A DNA stretch of 64,000 bases from the NCBI GenBank assembly GCA_964247055.1, contig OZ176052.1, positions 4,278,001 to 4,342,000 on the forward strand, given 5' to 3'. The translations under genes and the position numbers were made by a program. Under the pieces are notes generated by a model. It saw only the letters and a program-made list of their open reading frames with translations. It made no database searches and was not told the DNA's origin. Below are positions 25,177-52,447 of this stretch, piece by piece; the stretch's first letter is position 1; each line of letters starts with the position of its first letter. This stretch comes from Paragordius varius (taxonomy: Eukaryota > Animalia > Nematomorpha).

Positions 25177-25852
25177 TAGGGTTGTGCATTTGACTGCTTT
25201 TTCAAAAAAGTCCGGTTATAACTTTTTACTTAAGTAAATATCTGCGATTTAGGATTGTGAAAATAATATTCGTACGACACTAGCGTTTCACTAATAATCA
25301 AGTTTTTTCTTAAAAGTTTATTATACATTTTTTTGATATTTATTATTTACAAATATTTTCAATCAAACCAAGAATTTTGTTTTCAAATTTTGCCACATGT
25401 TTGTGGCCTTCTGAATCTTCAAATACACGGCTTTTAATACTGGATATTTCAAATTAAATTTTACCTAGTTTATTTTACACTTTCCATCAATGAAATAATA
25501 TCCAAATATAAGATGTTTTCTCATTTTATTGGTTATGGAATGCTTGCATGTTTTGCAAAGTGCTTGATTGTTTTGTTTTTCGAAGTAACTGGATGCTTAA
25601 ATGCTAATGTTATAACGATGCGTGTTTAATAATTTTATATTGTTAAATAAGCATATTTAAATATTTAATTTATATTTTTATTAATATATTAAAAAACACT
25701 GATATCTTACTATTTCTCTTCCAAAAAAATTTACCAGCAATTTTTCAAAAACAGCTGTTTTTTTGAATGACCATGGTCAAAAAATAAATAGTCACCAACC
25801 TGGTCATGACCCGCTCAATTGACCGGGTCATGATTTGGTGAGCACAACCCTA
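25177..25852. mobile_element. hAT MITE nested in the 24245-27393 element
   Basis: 11-bp TIRs TAGGGTTGTGC / GCACAACCCTA; perfect 8-bp TSD GATATAAC (25169-25176, 25853-25860); near-perfect 30-bp subterminal palindrome TCATGACCCGCTCAATTGACCGGGTCATGA at ~25804-25833. Confidence 0.9.
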
Positions 25853-27032
25853 GATATAACTACTAATCATCAACACAACACTATTTTTGACAACAAATTC
25901 CCTATTAGTAGCATTCTCTTAAGTAATTGCTATATGCAAAGCATTAAAAATAATAATGTTGGTTTACTCTAATCTGAGCAGATATTTTAAACTTGGACGC
26001 AGTACAAAATTAAAACATAGTTTGCCTGTTTTTGCACCATCGTGTGGTATATTACATTTCCACAAAACATCCTAGTGAAATATATATATATTCTGATAGG
26101 AACATCAGGATTATCATGGTGCTTTTTGTTTTAACCTTTACGAGTTATTAGAGAAAGCTATTTACACTTTTGTGGTAGGTGTTCCGTTTAAAATTGCAAA
26201 AGGTGCGCAATTTTTTCAAATATTTTTTGGGGTGAAAGCTAAATGTTTTTTAAAAATTTTAAATTTTTACATTGGGCTCTTTTAAAATGGACTGTTCTCT
26301 TAAAATAAACACAAAAATTCCGACATTGTGCAATAATTTTAAATATATACTAAATTTTGATACCAACTAAATATATTTTTTAAAAAATCACACTTGTAAA
26401 ATTTTTTAGCTAAATTTTGGTGAAGCGTATTATTATTGACCATGATGGAAACGATATAAACGGTTGAGATGTTATATTATGTATATAATTCGATAATGCT
26501 AATTATCAAGCAAAATTTTGACTATAATATTACTTCGTTATCCAATTTATCTTAAATAAAATATGTGTTTTTACAAAAATCCACCTAAATTTGCAAGCAA
26601 ACAAACCTTTAATTTAAAATTCTGAACCTATAGTAATGTTGAACATCATCGAATTATTTAGAAAAAGGGATTTATTATATCTTAAAGCGTTATACCGTTT
26701 CCAACGCTTTAAAATCGTTATACGCTTCAATAAAATATCTCAAATTTGTTTATGCAAAAAATAAGAAAACTAATAAAAATTAAAGTTTATGAAAAAAAAT
26801 TAAGTAATATCATACCTTCCACCTAATGATAATAGAAAAAGCAAAAACATTTAATATTCGAAAAGGTTATTTCGAAATCATATGCCATAAATAATAAATT
26901 TTATATAATATGTTACGGCAATAACAATTTTCTATATAATTTTCCGTTTGATAATTATAACAAAAAATTAACTTTCTAAACTTGATCAAACATTTATTAA
27001 AATATCATATACTAATTTTGTTAATTTTAAAT

Positions 27033-27146
27033 TTTGAGGCACCTCTTTTTTCAGAAGCCATGAGCGAAAGAGCCATTAGCCAGAATCTTATGGTGTGGAG
27101 TTCAAGATTTATAGTTTCGCCACTCCACGAAAGGCTGCAATTCTAA
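27033..27146 (+). pseudogene. hAT dimerisation domain remnant
   Basis: FEAPLFSEAMSERAISQ...FIVSPLHERL resembles the hATC P.S.A..ER.FS...IV.P.R.RL motif and lies near the right TIR as expected. Confidence 0.55.
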
Positions 27147-28354
27147 GTTTTATAATAGAATCCTAGTTTTTTACAGCAATATGAACCAATTTCTACAAAT
27201 TATGGGGTTATTTTTACTCAGGGCTACATTAATTCTATAATTTTTTAATAAATAAGAGGTAATTAATATATATTTATAAAAAAAAATTATTTTTAATTTC
27301 AAAAAGCAGTACAAAAGTGGGCGCAGTACGGGCGCAGTTTTTTTCTGAAAACCCAGTACTGTACTGCGAAAAACAGCCTATCTGGTCACATTATGTTAAT
27401 TAATCATTAATTATTATATAATAAGGACACAACATTTTAATTTCGAAAGTCCGATTTATTCTAAATGTCATAACCAAACTGAATGAGTAATTAGCGTTTA
27501 TATAAAAAATAACGTTCGGGTTAGACGGATTTACAAACATTTGTGAGGGCTTAACATTAATGGCATAAACATTGTCTATGCTAGTGGATGGATAATTAAT
27601 ATATATTTTTGGTCGATACATCAAATTATCATAAAACTAAGTAGACTATAATTATTATCAAAACCCAGAGATAAACAAAACAAACAAAATATTTTTTAGA
27701 TTTTTAAAAGTATCCGATGTTTACACCTTATTAAAAGTTGATAACTAATAAACACAATTCGAATTATGTACTATTATAATGCTTTTAATTGATTCGTAAA
27801 GCTCTATATATATATATAAAGAGAAAATTTAGGGAAGGGTGCCCAACTAACGGTTCTCCGAGATAATATGTGCGGGAAATTGCATAAATTTGACTTATAA
27901 TCTTGGGAAAATATTATTTTTTTCAAAAAATCGTAAAAGGTAAAAAAATGGTGACATAAATTGTAGTTAATTTTTTTGAAATTTTATTTTATGTTTGAAA
28001 TTTAATAAAATATTATTGTCCATATATTTTTTTATTCGACCCGCGTATCTACTTGTGTTGGGTACCACTGCCATAATGGGTTTACCTTTTCTTTGTGTGA
28101 TTTAGACTTTTTGGAATGCAGCTAAATTTTTCTCAAAATACTAAAATGATATAATATATTTTTAACCATTAATATGACACACATGTTTAATTCATAGGTC
28201 ATCGATTAACTTTTACGTCCATTGTGTAACTTCTCAATTTTATGAGCTATATTGGAACGTTTTTGCACTAGAGCTATTAAACAATTATTAAAAAGTTTGT
28301 ATATATAGTTAATACTTTTTCTAAAGGTATCTCTTCATCTCATATAATTCGTAG

Positions 28355-28970
28355 GCCTAAAACTTAAAAGGCATTTGATCTATAATCCAAAATTTTCTAT
28401 TAGTTTTACTAATAATACTGCACACAAAATGGAGGGGTGGGATAAAACTATCCTGGTGAAATATATTTAGAGAAAAATGTGTCAGAATCCTCATGGTCCT
28501 TATGGTTTTGAGCTTTACGAATGGTATAAGAAAGTATTTGCTTTTCGGAACTGATAAAAGAAATGAATTTGCGCAACTTATGCCAAAATATTTTTTGGTG
28601 AAAGCCAAAAGCTCATTCCGAAAAATATTATCGAAATATAAAATATAATATAATATATTCAAAAACAAGTAGGCTCTTCAAATTTCCCCGCTAAAAGCGG
28701 CTACTCTTAAATAAAACATAAATGCCAAGATTAATATTTAATATATTTTAGATTGATTGTCTCAAAACTGCATACTTTTTCCATATAAAAATTTTAGTAT
28801 TTGGGATTAGTTCATGCTATTTTGAAGAATGATGGAACCGGTATGAAATCGCTTTAGGATTTTAAAACACTTGTACATAATTGGATGATGCTACCCATTT
28901 CTATCAGCTCAGATCGATTAAAATTTTTGTGCGTCTTTTACAAACCAGAGAAATCAAGTAATCTAAAATA
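28355..28970 (+). pseudogene. Decayed coding-like sequence of unknown origin
   Basis: One frame reads GLKLKRHLIYNPKF...CQNPHGPYGFELYEWYKKVFAFRN..ICATYAKIFFGESQKLIPKNIIE with scattered stops, followed by GLVHAILKNDGTGMKSL.DFKTLVHNW...; no family recognised. Confidence 0.3.
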
Positions 28971-29699
28971 ATACTAGCTACTTTCATTCTTTGCTTGTTA
29001 AAAGTTTTAGGAATTGGATCGGAATCGGTTTTTTGTAAAGTTTGACAGACACTTACTTTATAGGCTAGGGGGCTCATAAAAATATTTATGCTAAGGGAGA
29101 GAGGAAAAAAAGTTGGAATCCGCTGCCTTAATACTTCATGTCCTTTTGGGGTAGTTTTATACCGGGGCCATATAAAGTTTAAATATCTTAAAAAATATTT
29201 TTTGGGCCAAATTTAAAAATATGCTTTATTTAGCCTATATTAATTTTTTAATCTCACTTTTCAGCCATTTTCTTTATTTATTAATCGTTAATGCAACAGC
29301 CAAATAAATGTGTAGTATGGTTGAATATATATAAATATCTCGGGAAAGCTTTTATATTTCCAGCAAATTTATATTTATTGATTTTACTCCGAATTTGGAT
29401 TCCGAATTCTGGACAGAAGTTAAAAAACTGTTTATATTCTATATCTTTTACAATGGTGTATAGAAACGTGGATAAACGTACGTATTTAATCGTTTTTCGT
29501 CTTTTTTTACCGCACGTAAACATCCATTCATGCGCTATCTTTTGACAATGTTTTGAGGATAAGCCACAAATTAAAAAGGACATAACGTTATTTTTAATAT
29601 AAAGATTTCACAAATTAAGAATTTAATAATATAAAAGTTGTAATAAATAGAATTTGAATAGAAATTAAAATATAAATATATTTATTGATGTCTGATACA

Positions 29700-30170
29700 A
29701 CTAAATAAAATAATTGTTTCTTTTCCAGAGTGATAGAACACCGTGGTTTTTTGATAATGTTTCATTTCAGAAAAAAGCCCTCAAACAGATTGAGTTGCGG
29801 CGAATAAGGAGGTAAGTAACCAATTTCGCTCCTTAGTTCACCTACCGCCGCGGCTTTGTGAATAGGGGCATTGTCGCAAACTACTAAATTTTCAGAAATT
29901 TTGGATTCCGCAAAGAAACTTCTAATCTCATCGGTTTTAATTGCGTCCTTCTTCTTTTGTGATGTAATAAATACTCATTGACAACCAATCATACATATCA
30001 ATGAAATATTTTTTTCTAAAATAAATTTAATGCGTACTTCTGTTAAATCCCTCTACAATAGGAGATTTGTTGGCGGATTTATATGGCTTTTCTTTTATCT
30101 CCGTGCGTACTCGCGGTTGTAGAATACACCTTTTTCGATAAATTTGTAAATCAGAGATTTTACAAATAGT
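29700..30170 (-). pseudogene. IS630/Tc1-family DDE transposase relic
   Basis: KNISLICMIG...ENLVVCDNAPIHK...GYLPPYSPQLNLFEGFF is the DDE_3 signature (DNAxxH; LPPYSPxLNPIE). Several stops are present, the first catalytic-Asp region appears deleted, and no TIRs were identified. Confidence 0.8.
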
Positions 30171-30438
30171 TATTTTAGACTTTTTTAGATGTTCAGGTAA
30201 TTGTTTTATTAATACATTTATGGTTAATTAATAATTATTTATTCTTCGACACAATTTTTCCAAATATCAAATATATTTATATATATTAATTAATATTTGG
30301 TATTTGTATTAACTTTTGAGTTAATTTATTAAATTATTGATTTGTGATATCTTTATTTTAACAATAAAAATAATATGTCCGTTTTATTTGTGGCTAAACA
30401 AAACATCGTTCGAAGGATCCCCATGTTAAATGGATATA

Positions 30439-31074
30439 TACCATTTGAACTTCAAGAGTGTCCTTGAACACTTCAAGTTGGTCCTTGAACAATTTAAGTT
30501 GATCCTTGAACACTTCAAGTTGGTCCTGGAACAGTTCAAGTTGGTCTTGAACATTTCAAGTTGGTCCTTGAACACTTCAAGTTGGTCCTTAAAATTTATA
30601 AATTTTGATTTAACCATAATTGCATTTATTTTTATATTATTATTTATTGACCTAATTTTCTTTATTTATTATATATTTATTCATTTAAAAATAATTTTAT
30701 TGAAAAACCACTTTTTCGTTTCAAACTATTTTTTTTTCGATTGAACAAAATTTTTGACTTTTAAATGTTTTTAATGAAAAATTTTAATTAATAACCCAGA
30801 AAACTTATATATTTTTTTATTTCGTGTCAAAATCTTATAAATATCCAAAATTATTTTAAGAAATTAATAAAGTTATACGGTTTCTCACAGATTAAAAGTT
30901 GATATCTATTTAAAATTTATGTTAAATAGAAAATAGGTTAAAACAATAAAATAGATGAATTATTTACGATTTGATTGAAAAAGATAAAAACAAAACAAAA
31001 AAGTCAAAGGACCAACTTGAAATGTTCAAGGACCAACTTGAAGTGTTCAAGGACACCTTGAAGTGCAAATGGTA
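30439..31074. mobile_element. Foldback-like MITE with 21-bp repeat TIRs (best-preserved copy)
   Basis: TA|TACCATTTG(A/C)ACTTCAAGAGTGTCC... and ...GAAGTGCAAATGGTA|TA termini; tandem units CACTTCAAGTTGGTCCTTGAA in inverted orientation at the two ends. Confidence 0.85.
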
Positions 31075-31478
31075 TAGTAAAACTATAAAAAAAAACACAA
31101 TCATTTAAATGAGTATATATATTAAAAGTTTCCATGTACGACTATAGAAAAGAGGGTTTCATAATTAAATTAACAAATTAACTTTCAATTGTTACAAGCC
31201 CTTGCTTTAGAAAATACCCCAAAACGTTTCACAAAATAATTAAAATAGAATGAAGTGTTAATGTAGGGAAATGCGGTTATAAAAATAGCAAGCCTCATTA
31301 CTATATCATTCTAGTATGTCGAAAGCATGCTCAATTTATTCCAGAGTTACTTTTTTTAAATCGTATCGATGGTTGTCTAGGCCCGCGTGGCTACTGTTTA
31401 TAATATTTTAAAAATATAATTGTGACACCTTGTGCATATAAAATCAGGTGGGAATTCAAATTTAAAACTCAACGCCTG

Positions 31479-46765
<15,287 letters not shown>

Positions 46766-47823
46766 TTATCGCATTAAGTAATACATAAACGCATTTATGC
46801 ATCCATGATTTTGAATACTTTTTACACTTTTGGTTTGTTTTACTTAGTAACTAATTTTAATAACACACACAAACTAACGTTATTATTGAAACTGGCGTTA
46901 ATTAAGGATGAGAAGTAATTTTACATAATCGCTTTCTTAATTTATTTTTCCATGATCTATCCATTGTTTTTGACTCCATTTTTTACACTTTCGATGATTA
47001 GCTTAAAATAATTTTTGAATTATGTAAAATCTTAATAACACGCTTTTACATAACGCATATTATCGTTTTAACTGGCCTTAATTAAGGATGAGGAGCAAAA
47101 TTTTTTAAAGTCACAACTGAAATTGTGCATATAAATTAGTCTAGCGTAGATTCAGCGTTAATTCGTTTTTGCTTTGCATTTATATTAGCTGATTAGTGAA
47201 GAAGAATTAAAACACTATTATTTATACAATTCTTGCTAGCCTATGTTACTCAATTTCTTAAAATGCCTTTTTTATATTATAATGCAATTACTTGGCCAAA
47301 TTTTATTTTGCTTAATTTGATTGATGTAAAACATCGTCGTTGTGTGTCCAATTTATTGATTCAAGGTTGTTTGTATATATTAACATTAAATCATTGATAT
47401 ATTTTACCATTAATACTCATAACAGTTAACTTAACTTATAAATTTCTATATGACTAGCGTATAAATTATATTTCAGATTCATGTACAAATTATCATTTTT
47501 TTACAACAATATAACTTTCTTAAAAAAATAACGAATTAATCTGTCCTCTGGTTAAATAAATTATTCAGAAATAACATTAATTTCGTATTTACACTCACTA
47601 CTCCACTACTCTTAAATTAAAAATTGTATAGTTCATTGCATTTTATACACATTGATTGTCCCTTATTATATTAATATCCAATATTAACATTGTAACATGG
47701 TATATACCTATATGTCCATTTAAAACAACTTTTTCTTATTTGCATTCATTTTTTATAGATTAATCTAATATATTCATTTTAGCAATTAAATTTATAATTG
47801 ATAAAGGACTAAAAATTTTAAAC

Positions 47824-48090
47824 CAGGGGTGACCAACATGCGGGCCTCTGAGCTGTATGTGCGGCCCGCCAAGAATTTGGAAATCCATAATTGCAAAAAA
47901 CATGCTTAAAAAATCTTAATAAAATTAGTAAAATTGATATTTCTTAGACAATTTTTAAATTCTAGGCAAATGAAGAACGAGAAAAATTGTTATATTGCGT
48001 TTTCTTTTTGCGTTTGAAATAAATTATTTATGAATGACAATATATTTGAGTTAAACATGCTAGCGAAGCGATTTGTGTTGGACACCCCTG
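47824..48090. mobile_element. Buster-type hAT MITE
   Basis: 14-bp TIRs CAGGGGTGACCAAC / GTTGGACACCCCTG (1 mismatch); GCGGCCCGC subterminal motif; imperfect 8-bp flanks TTTTAAAC/CCCTAAAC with central TA. Confidence 0.7.
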
Positions 48091-49291
48091 CCCTAAACTT
48101 AAACCGAAACTTTTATAGCGTTTGAGATGTTGATTCGATTAAGCTCTATCAAAGGAGTCGATTAATAAATAAGATTCTAAATGATTTTGTTGGATATTAA
48201 TTATTTAATAAGAGAAAAAATGCAAAATTTATGTTGCCCTGTGTTTTGTGTTGTTTATTTGGTATAAACAAGCAGATTTTTTTACATTCTTTACATAAAT
48301 TTGGTTTTTTACAAGTTTAATTTAAAATTCTTATCTTTTACCAGTGGTTCGTACTTTAAATCTCATAATACTGCATTTAGCATCGCCATCTTTGGGTGTC
48401 GAGTCTAAATTCTTATTAGCAGATATAAAGAAAAAAGCGAATTATAATTATTCTGATAAAAGTTTGTTTTGAAATAAATAATTTCATCAATATTTTAAAT
48501 CAATCTTGCTGAGCTTAAATAATTATCACATGTTACACAAGGTTAATATGTTAAACGAATTTATCGCTGATAATAATAACTTTATAGTGGCGCAGTGAAT
48601 TTATATATACTAAGGATATTATTATAAAAGTATAAAAAAATTGAATATATATACTCGTTTTGAAGATAATTAATTAATATTTAAATTTATATATATATAT
48701 ATATATAGCTTTTTGCATTTCAGATATATAAACCGATTAAAATATGGAGAAAATAGCATTTATGGTTGGTTATGGTTCGTAAAATAATTATGCGTGAAAT
48801 GTGAATTGTAATTAGCACATAATCTGAAAATAAAATATCATCCATCAAATTTAACAAAAAAAACGTAAAAAAAATTACTAGCAACTCGATACGGATTGAA
48901 ATTATCTTCGAGATATATAATTGATAACAAAATAGAATGCAAAAATTGAACATTTGGCTTAAATTATGTTATTATAAAATAAATTCAAATTTTGATTGAT
49001 TAAATAAAATATAAAAATATATATACTATATGTGTAAAACCCTCATTAGTTGATACGATACAGTTTGAATACTATGATGTGTTTAGTCTATTTAATGTTT
49101 CATATAGCATTTTTAAATATCTATTAAAAGAAAATTGGAAGAGGGGAGGGGATTGCTTTTAAGTCACCAACTATAGATATGCATATATCTATTTAGGCTT
49201 ATTAAAAGCATTATTTTTAAAGAATATCTTTGAATTAAAACAGTTATTTTCCTAACGAATCTTTTTTGCCATGGTAGTTCCAAAGAGTTTT

Positions 49292-52200
49292 TCAATTAAA
49301 ATTTTGTCGCAAAACCTTTGATTGCTTTTTATTCCGATTGGGATTGCGTGCATTATTATGGATCTTAGTACCTTTAGGCGGGTTATAATAACACGATATG
49401 AATCCTGGACCACATCCTGCGTCCGGATTCGAAGTAGTTGAAGTTGATGGTTGATTATTATTATTGGATGAAGTGTCTATATTTATACACTTTGGTCCAT
49501 CTGTTTTAAATATATGGCCGGGTTGGTGTGGAACATAATTCCTAGGGACACATCTTTGATTATTATTTTTGTTACACAAATTTCTGTCATTAACCATCAT
49601 TTCATTTTCAAAAACTCTGTCGCCATGTCCAAATACAAAATGCGGATTAAATTTTGGATCGTTATAGCATTCATCGCAATATGTAGCCTTATAATTTGTA
49701 TTTCCCCTTTCCTTATTCTGTATATGTTTGTTCCGTTTGTATTTATTATTACCGGAACCAGACGACACTAAAAAATTTTGGGTTAAGTTATGACTATCAC
49801 CACATTTAATCCCATGATCAAAAGTGTTATTATAAACTTTTGCATGATTACAACAATTTTGTGATATTATATTCTGTTCATTGAGAAACCTTCCCCCAAT
49901 TTCGTACGGATCTAACAATGGTTTTGTTAAAAAATTTGGCTGAGCGTTTGTACTTGTTCTTTTTACGCTGCGATTATAATTTTGGTGATTGGAATTAAAT
50001 TGGCAGTCATTGCAAAACAAACAGCCGTTGTTTCTTAAATTTTGATTATGGTGATGGATTATGTGGGATTGTTCGGACCCAACGCATTTACAACTATTGT
50101 GTGCCTCAATTTTTTCTTGATTGAACAATAATGGTATTGAAGGAATTAATGATTTGTATAAAATTTTGTCTCTATCTGAGGATGACACAAAATTGCTACT
50201 ATCATTGGAAGATTTAGGTCTTTTGCTAAAAGATGGTTGTTTCCATGTTGTGCGTGAATGTGCTGGATGATTTATGAATTGATTACCATTCTCCTTGGCT
50301 AGAAGATTATGTACAATATGGTGGCTATTATCATTTTTATAAGGAATTAGATCCTTGTTGGATTTTTTTACGTTGTTAATAGCACTATTATCACTAACAT
50401 AGGAGGGAGAAGTTTTAATAAATTTAGCCTTGTTATTGTTCCTGTTGTTATTAATACTACATGTATCAACGGATATCAAGGAGGGACGATTATTATGAAA
50501 AAATCTATAATACATTAAAAGCATTACAAGGCCTAGGAAAAAGAGTACGTATGAAGCCACTAACAGGAATAATTTAATTCGTAATGAGGATCCAGATCCA
50601 CCCATACGCGTAACTTTGTGAAGCCATAGAATGGACATGAATGTATTCTCCAAAAATATAAGCATATAGTAAAAAGTAAGTCGAAATTTGGAATCTCCAC
50701 CCTGTAAATTTATGTATGTGAAAGTATAAACCATGCCAATACCGATTGAATATGCCATGGATCGGAAAAAATGTAATACGGTATTATAAGATTTGAAAAT
50801 GATCCGAATATTTTGTAGGCAGTGTTTAAGTCTTTGATTAGCTATGGTTGATTTTGTTTCTCTCATGTTGGGATTAACATTATTTGAAATATTAGTTTGA
50901 TGATTTTTGTTAAGCAGACGACTATGGTCTTCCTTAAGTGATGTGGGATGTGGTTTATTTATATATATCAATAACCATATAACCATAATAAACCAATGAA
51001 ATAGGAAAAGACCAAACGCCCAAACTATTGTAGTCATTACAAAGAGCAAAAATATAATAGTTCTCGATGCAAAGAGACAGGTCGAATAAAATGATTTGAC
51101 AATGATTCCTGGCCAAGTCAGATGGGTTTCACCCAATTTTTCGGTTTCTTCTGTGCCATTTAGATGAACCTTTTTATCATATGTCGAGAGTGCCCATGCA
51201 AACCCAATCAATGAAATGCATAAAGACGCTATAAATATATATGGATCTATTATGAATAATTGTGATTTCGTTTCATTTAGGGTGGATAATGCATGCATTT
51301 TAGATGACTTTTGTAACAAATTGAACCATTCATTTGGGGAATACCACAGCCATGGTTCAATGCCTGTGTTAATACTGGATAGGGCATCTTCCTGTTTTCT
51401 ACGATACAGCAAATATTGTTGGATAAGTAAAAAAGATTTGATGATAAAGTATGGCATACATTGTAGTAATCCTTGCAATAACCTTAACAATGATAAATGA
51501 TTAAATTGTTCAATCATAAGTTTTCGGTTTCGCTTGGGTAAAAACATTTCAAAATGTCTCCAAACGATATGTAGTTGAAAAAAATGAATGATGAGCAATG
51601 GTCCAAAAAATATTAGTAAATCGTAGATGTAATGCCTAGAGGAAAGATAAAATTGTAAAATCTGTGAGTCCTTTCTTTCCAAAATTTGTAAGTTTGTGTC
51701 AGGAAATGCTCTTGAATTAGTGTGAAATACTGTGGATATACCCTGTTGTTGTGGCGTAGTATGATTCGATAAAACCTTACTTTGCCTTTCCGTATCTGTC
51801 GTGATTGCTAAATTACTATCAATATTATTTACAGCATTTGTTTCCTTTTTAATACCCTCACTCTGTTGGTCGAGGTCGTCATGATGGTTAAGGATAGGCA
51901 CCGGTTGTTGCCTATATGCTCTATCATTTAATGTTGAAAATTTGCCTTGTCGATATGCGCTTCGAGCACGTCGCAATAAAGTAGCCTGAAATCGTCGGTT
52001 ATACCATTTGAGTGATAAAATGTGACTACTAAAAATATAGGTAAAAAGAGCGATAGTAGCAGCCCAAAAACATATCATGTATGCTGTCACAGGGTTTTGA
52101 TTTTCTAGGATAGATTTAGTGCGACTCATTAAAACATTAATGGATTCTTTTTCATCCTTGAGTCTAATGAGCGTTTGAAGGATAAGTATATCAAAAATTA

Positions 52201-52447
52201 GATTACACACATAAAGTGACAAAGATATAACTGTAAAAACTAAATCACAGATGGATAGGGGACCGTGTTTAGAAGATGTTAGCGTACTTGACCCACTCAG
52301 AATAGGTAATGCTGGTTGTTTTTGATATTCACAATTTAATAGACAATTGTCTATATCAATTCTTTGACTGCTTTCATTTTGGTTGATAGGGCTTTGACCA
52401 TTTTCGGCGTAATAAGTTGGAACAGTATTTTTTGATAAAATATCCAT
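49292..52447 (-). CDS. XK-related protein (Xkr/CED-8 family phospholipid scramblase), 1051 aa in one ORF
   Basis: XK-family helices in order: DLVFTVISLSLYVCNLIFD, LLRLLQGLLQCMPY, SLIGFAWALSTY, FASRTIIFLLF, LFHWFIMVIW, VYTFTYINL..G.SKFRLTFYYMLIFLENT..W, FLGLVMLLMYYRFFH. Long Asn-rich loops and tail. The frame stays open upstream to a possible acceptor near 52479. Confidence 0.88.
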   Translation of the reverse strand: MDILSKNTVPTYYAENGQSPINQNESSQRIDIDNCLLNCEYQKQPALPILSGSSTLTSSKHGPLSICDLVFTVISLSLYVCNLIFDILILQTLIRLKDEKESINVLMSRTKSILENQNPVTAYMICFWAATIALFTYIFSSHILSLKWYNRRFQATLLRRARSAYRQGKFSTLNDRAYRQQPVPILNHHDDLDQQSEGIKKETNAVNNIDSNLAITTDTERQSKVLSNHTTPQQQGISTVFHTNSRAFPDTNLQILERKDSQILQFYLSSRHYIYDLLIFFGPLLIIHFFQLHIVWRHFEMFLPKRNRKLMIEQFNHLSLLRLLQGLLQCMPYFIIKSFLLIQQYLLYRRKQEDALSSINTGIEPWLWYSPNEWFNLLQKSSKMHALSTLNETKSQLFIIDPYIFIASLCISLIGFAWALSTYDKKVHLNGTEETEKLGETHLTWPGIIVKSFYSTCLFASRTIIFLLFVMTTIVWAFGLFLFHWFIMVIWLLIYINKPHPTSLKEDHSRLLNKNHQTNISNNVNPNMRETKSTIANQRLKHCLQNIRIIFKSYNTVLHFFRSMAYSIGIGMVYTFTYINLQGGDSKFRLTFYYMLIFLENTFMSILWLHKVTRMGGSGSSLRIKLFLLVASYVLFFLGLVMLLMYYRFFHNNRPSLISVDTCSINNNRNNNKAKFIKTSPSYVSDNSAINNVKKSNKDLIPYKNDNSHHIVHNLLAKENGNQFINHPAHSRTTWKQPSFSKRPKSSNDSSNFVSSSDRDKILYKSLIPSIPLLFNQEKIEAHNSCKCVGSEQSHIIHHHNQNLRNNGCLFCNDCQFNSNHQNYNRSVKRTSTNAQPNFLTKPLLDPYEIGGRFLNEQNIISQNCCNHAKVYNNTFDHGIKCGDSHNLTQNFLVSSGSGNNKYKRNKHIQNKERGNTNYKATYCDECYNDPKFNPHFVFGHGDRVFENEMMVNDRNLCNKNNNQRCVPRNYVPHQPGHIFKTDGPKCINIDTSSNNNNQPSTSTTSNPDAGCGPGFISCYYNPPKGTKIHNNARNPNRNKKQSKVLRQNFN

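Larger units (their letters stand above)
24245..27393 (+). mobile_element. Non-autonomous hAT element (Ac/Tip100-like) with cargo
   Basis: Perfect 15-bp TIRs TAATGTGACCAGATA / TATCTGGTCACATTA; perfect 8-bp TSD TGTTAATT (24237-24244, 27394-27401); GCAGTAC subterminal motifs at both ends; hATC remnant near the right end. Confidence 0.88.

Noticed and set aside
30016-30037. 22-nt GT-AG segment in the IS630/Tc1 relic as a mini-intron
   Set aside because: Another frame runs through it directly into KNISLICMIG (with stops), so no intron is needed to explain the relic.
30441-30590. 21-bp tandem repeats as a CRISPR array, or as heptad coiled-coil ORFs (RTNLKCS / EHFKLVL repeats at 30426, 30430, 38035, 38082, 42676, 43309)
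   Set aside because: There are no unique spacers and the context is eukaryotic. The units form the inverted ends of a MITE, so the 7-aa periodicity is just 21 bp/3.
46881-47095. ~35-bp direct repeat (AACTGGC(G/C)TTAATTAAGGATGAG) downstream of MELK
   Set aside because: Two short copies only, with no TIR, TSD or structure; likely a local duplication.
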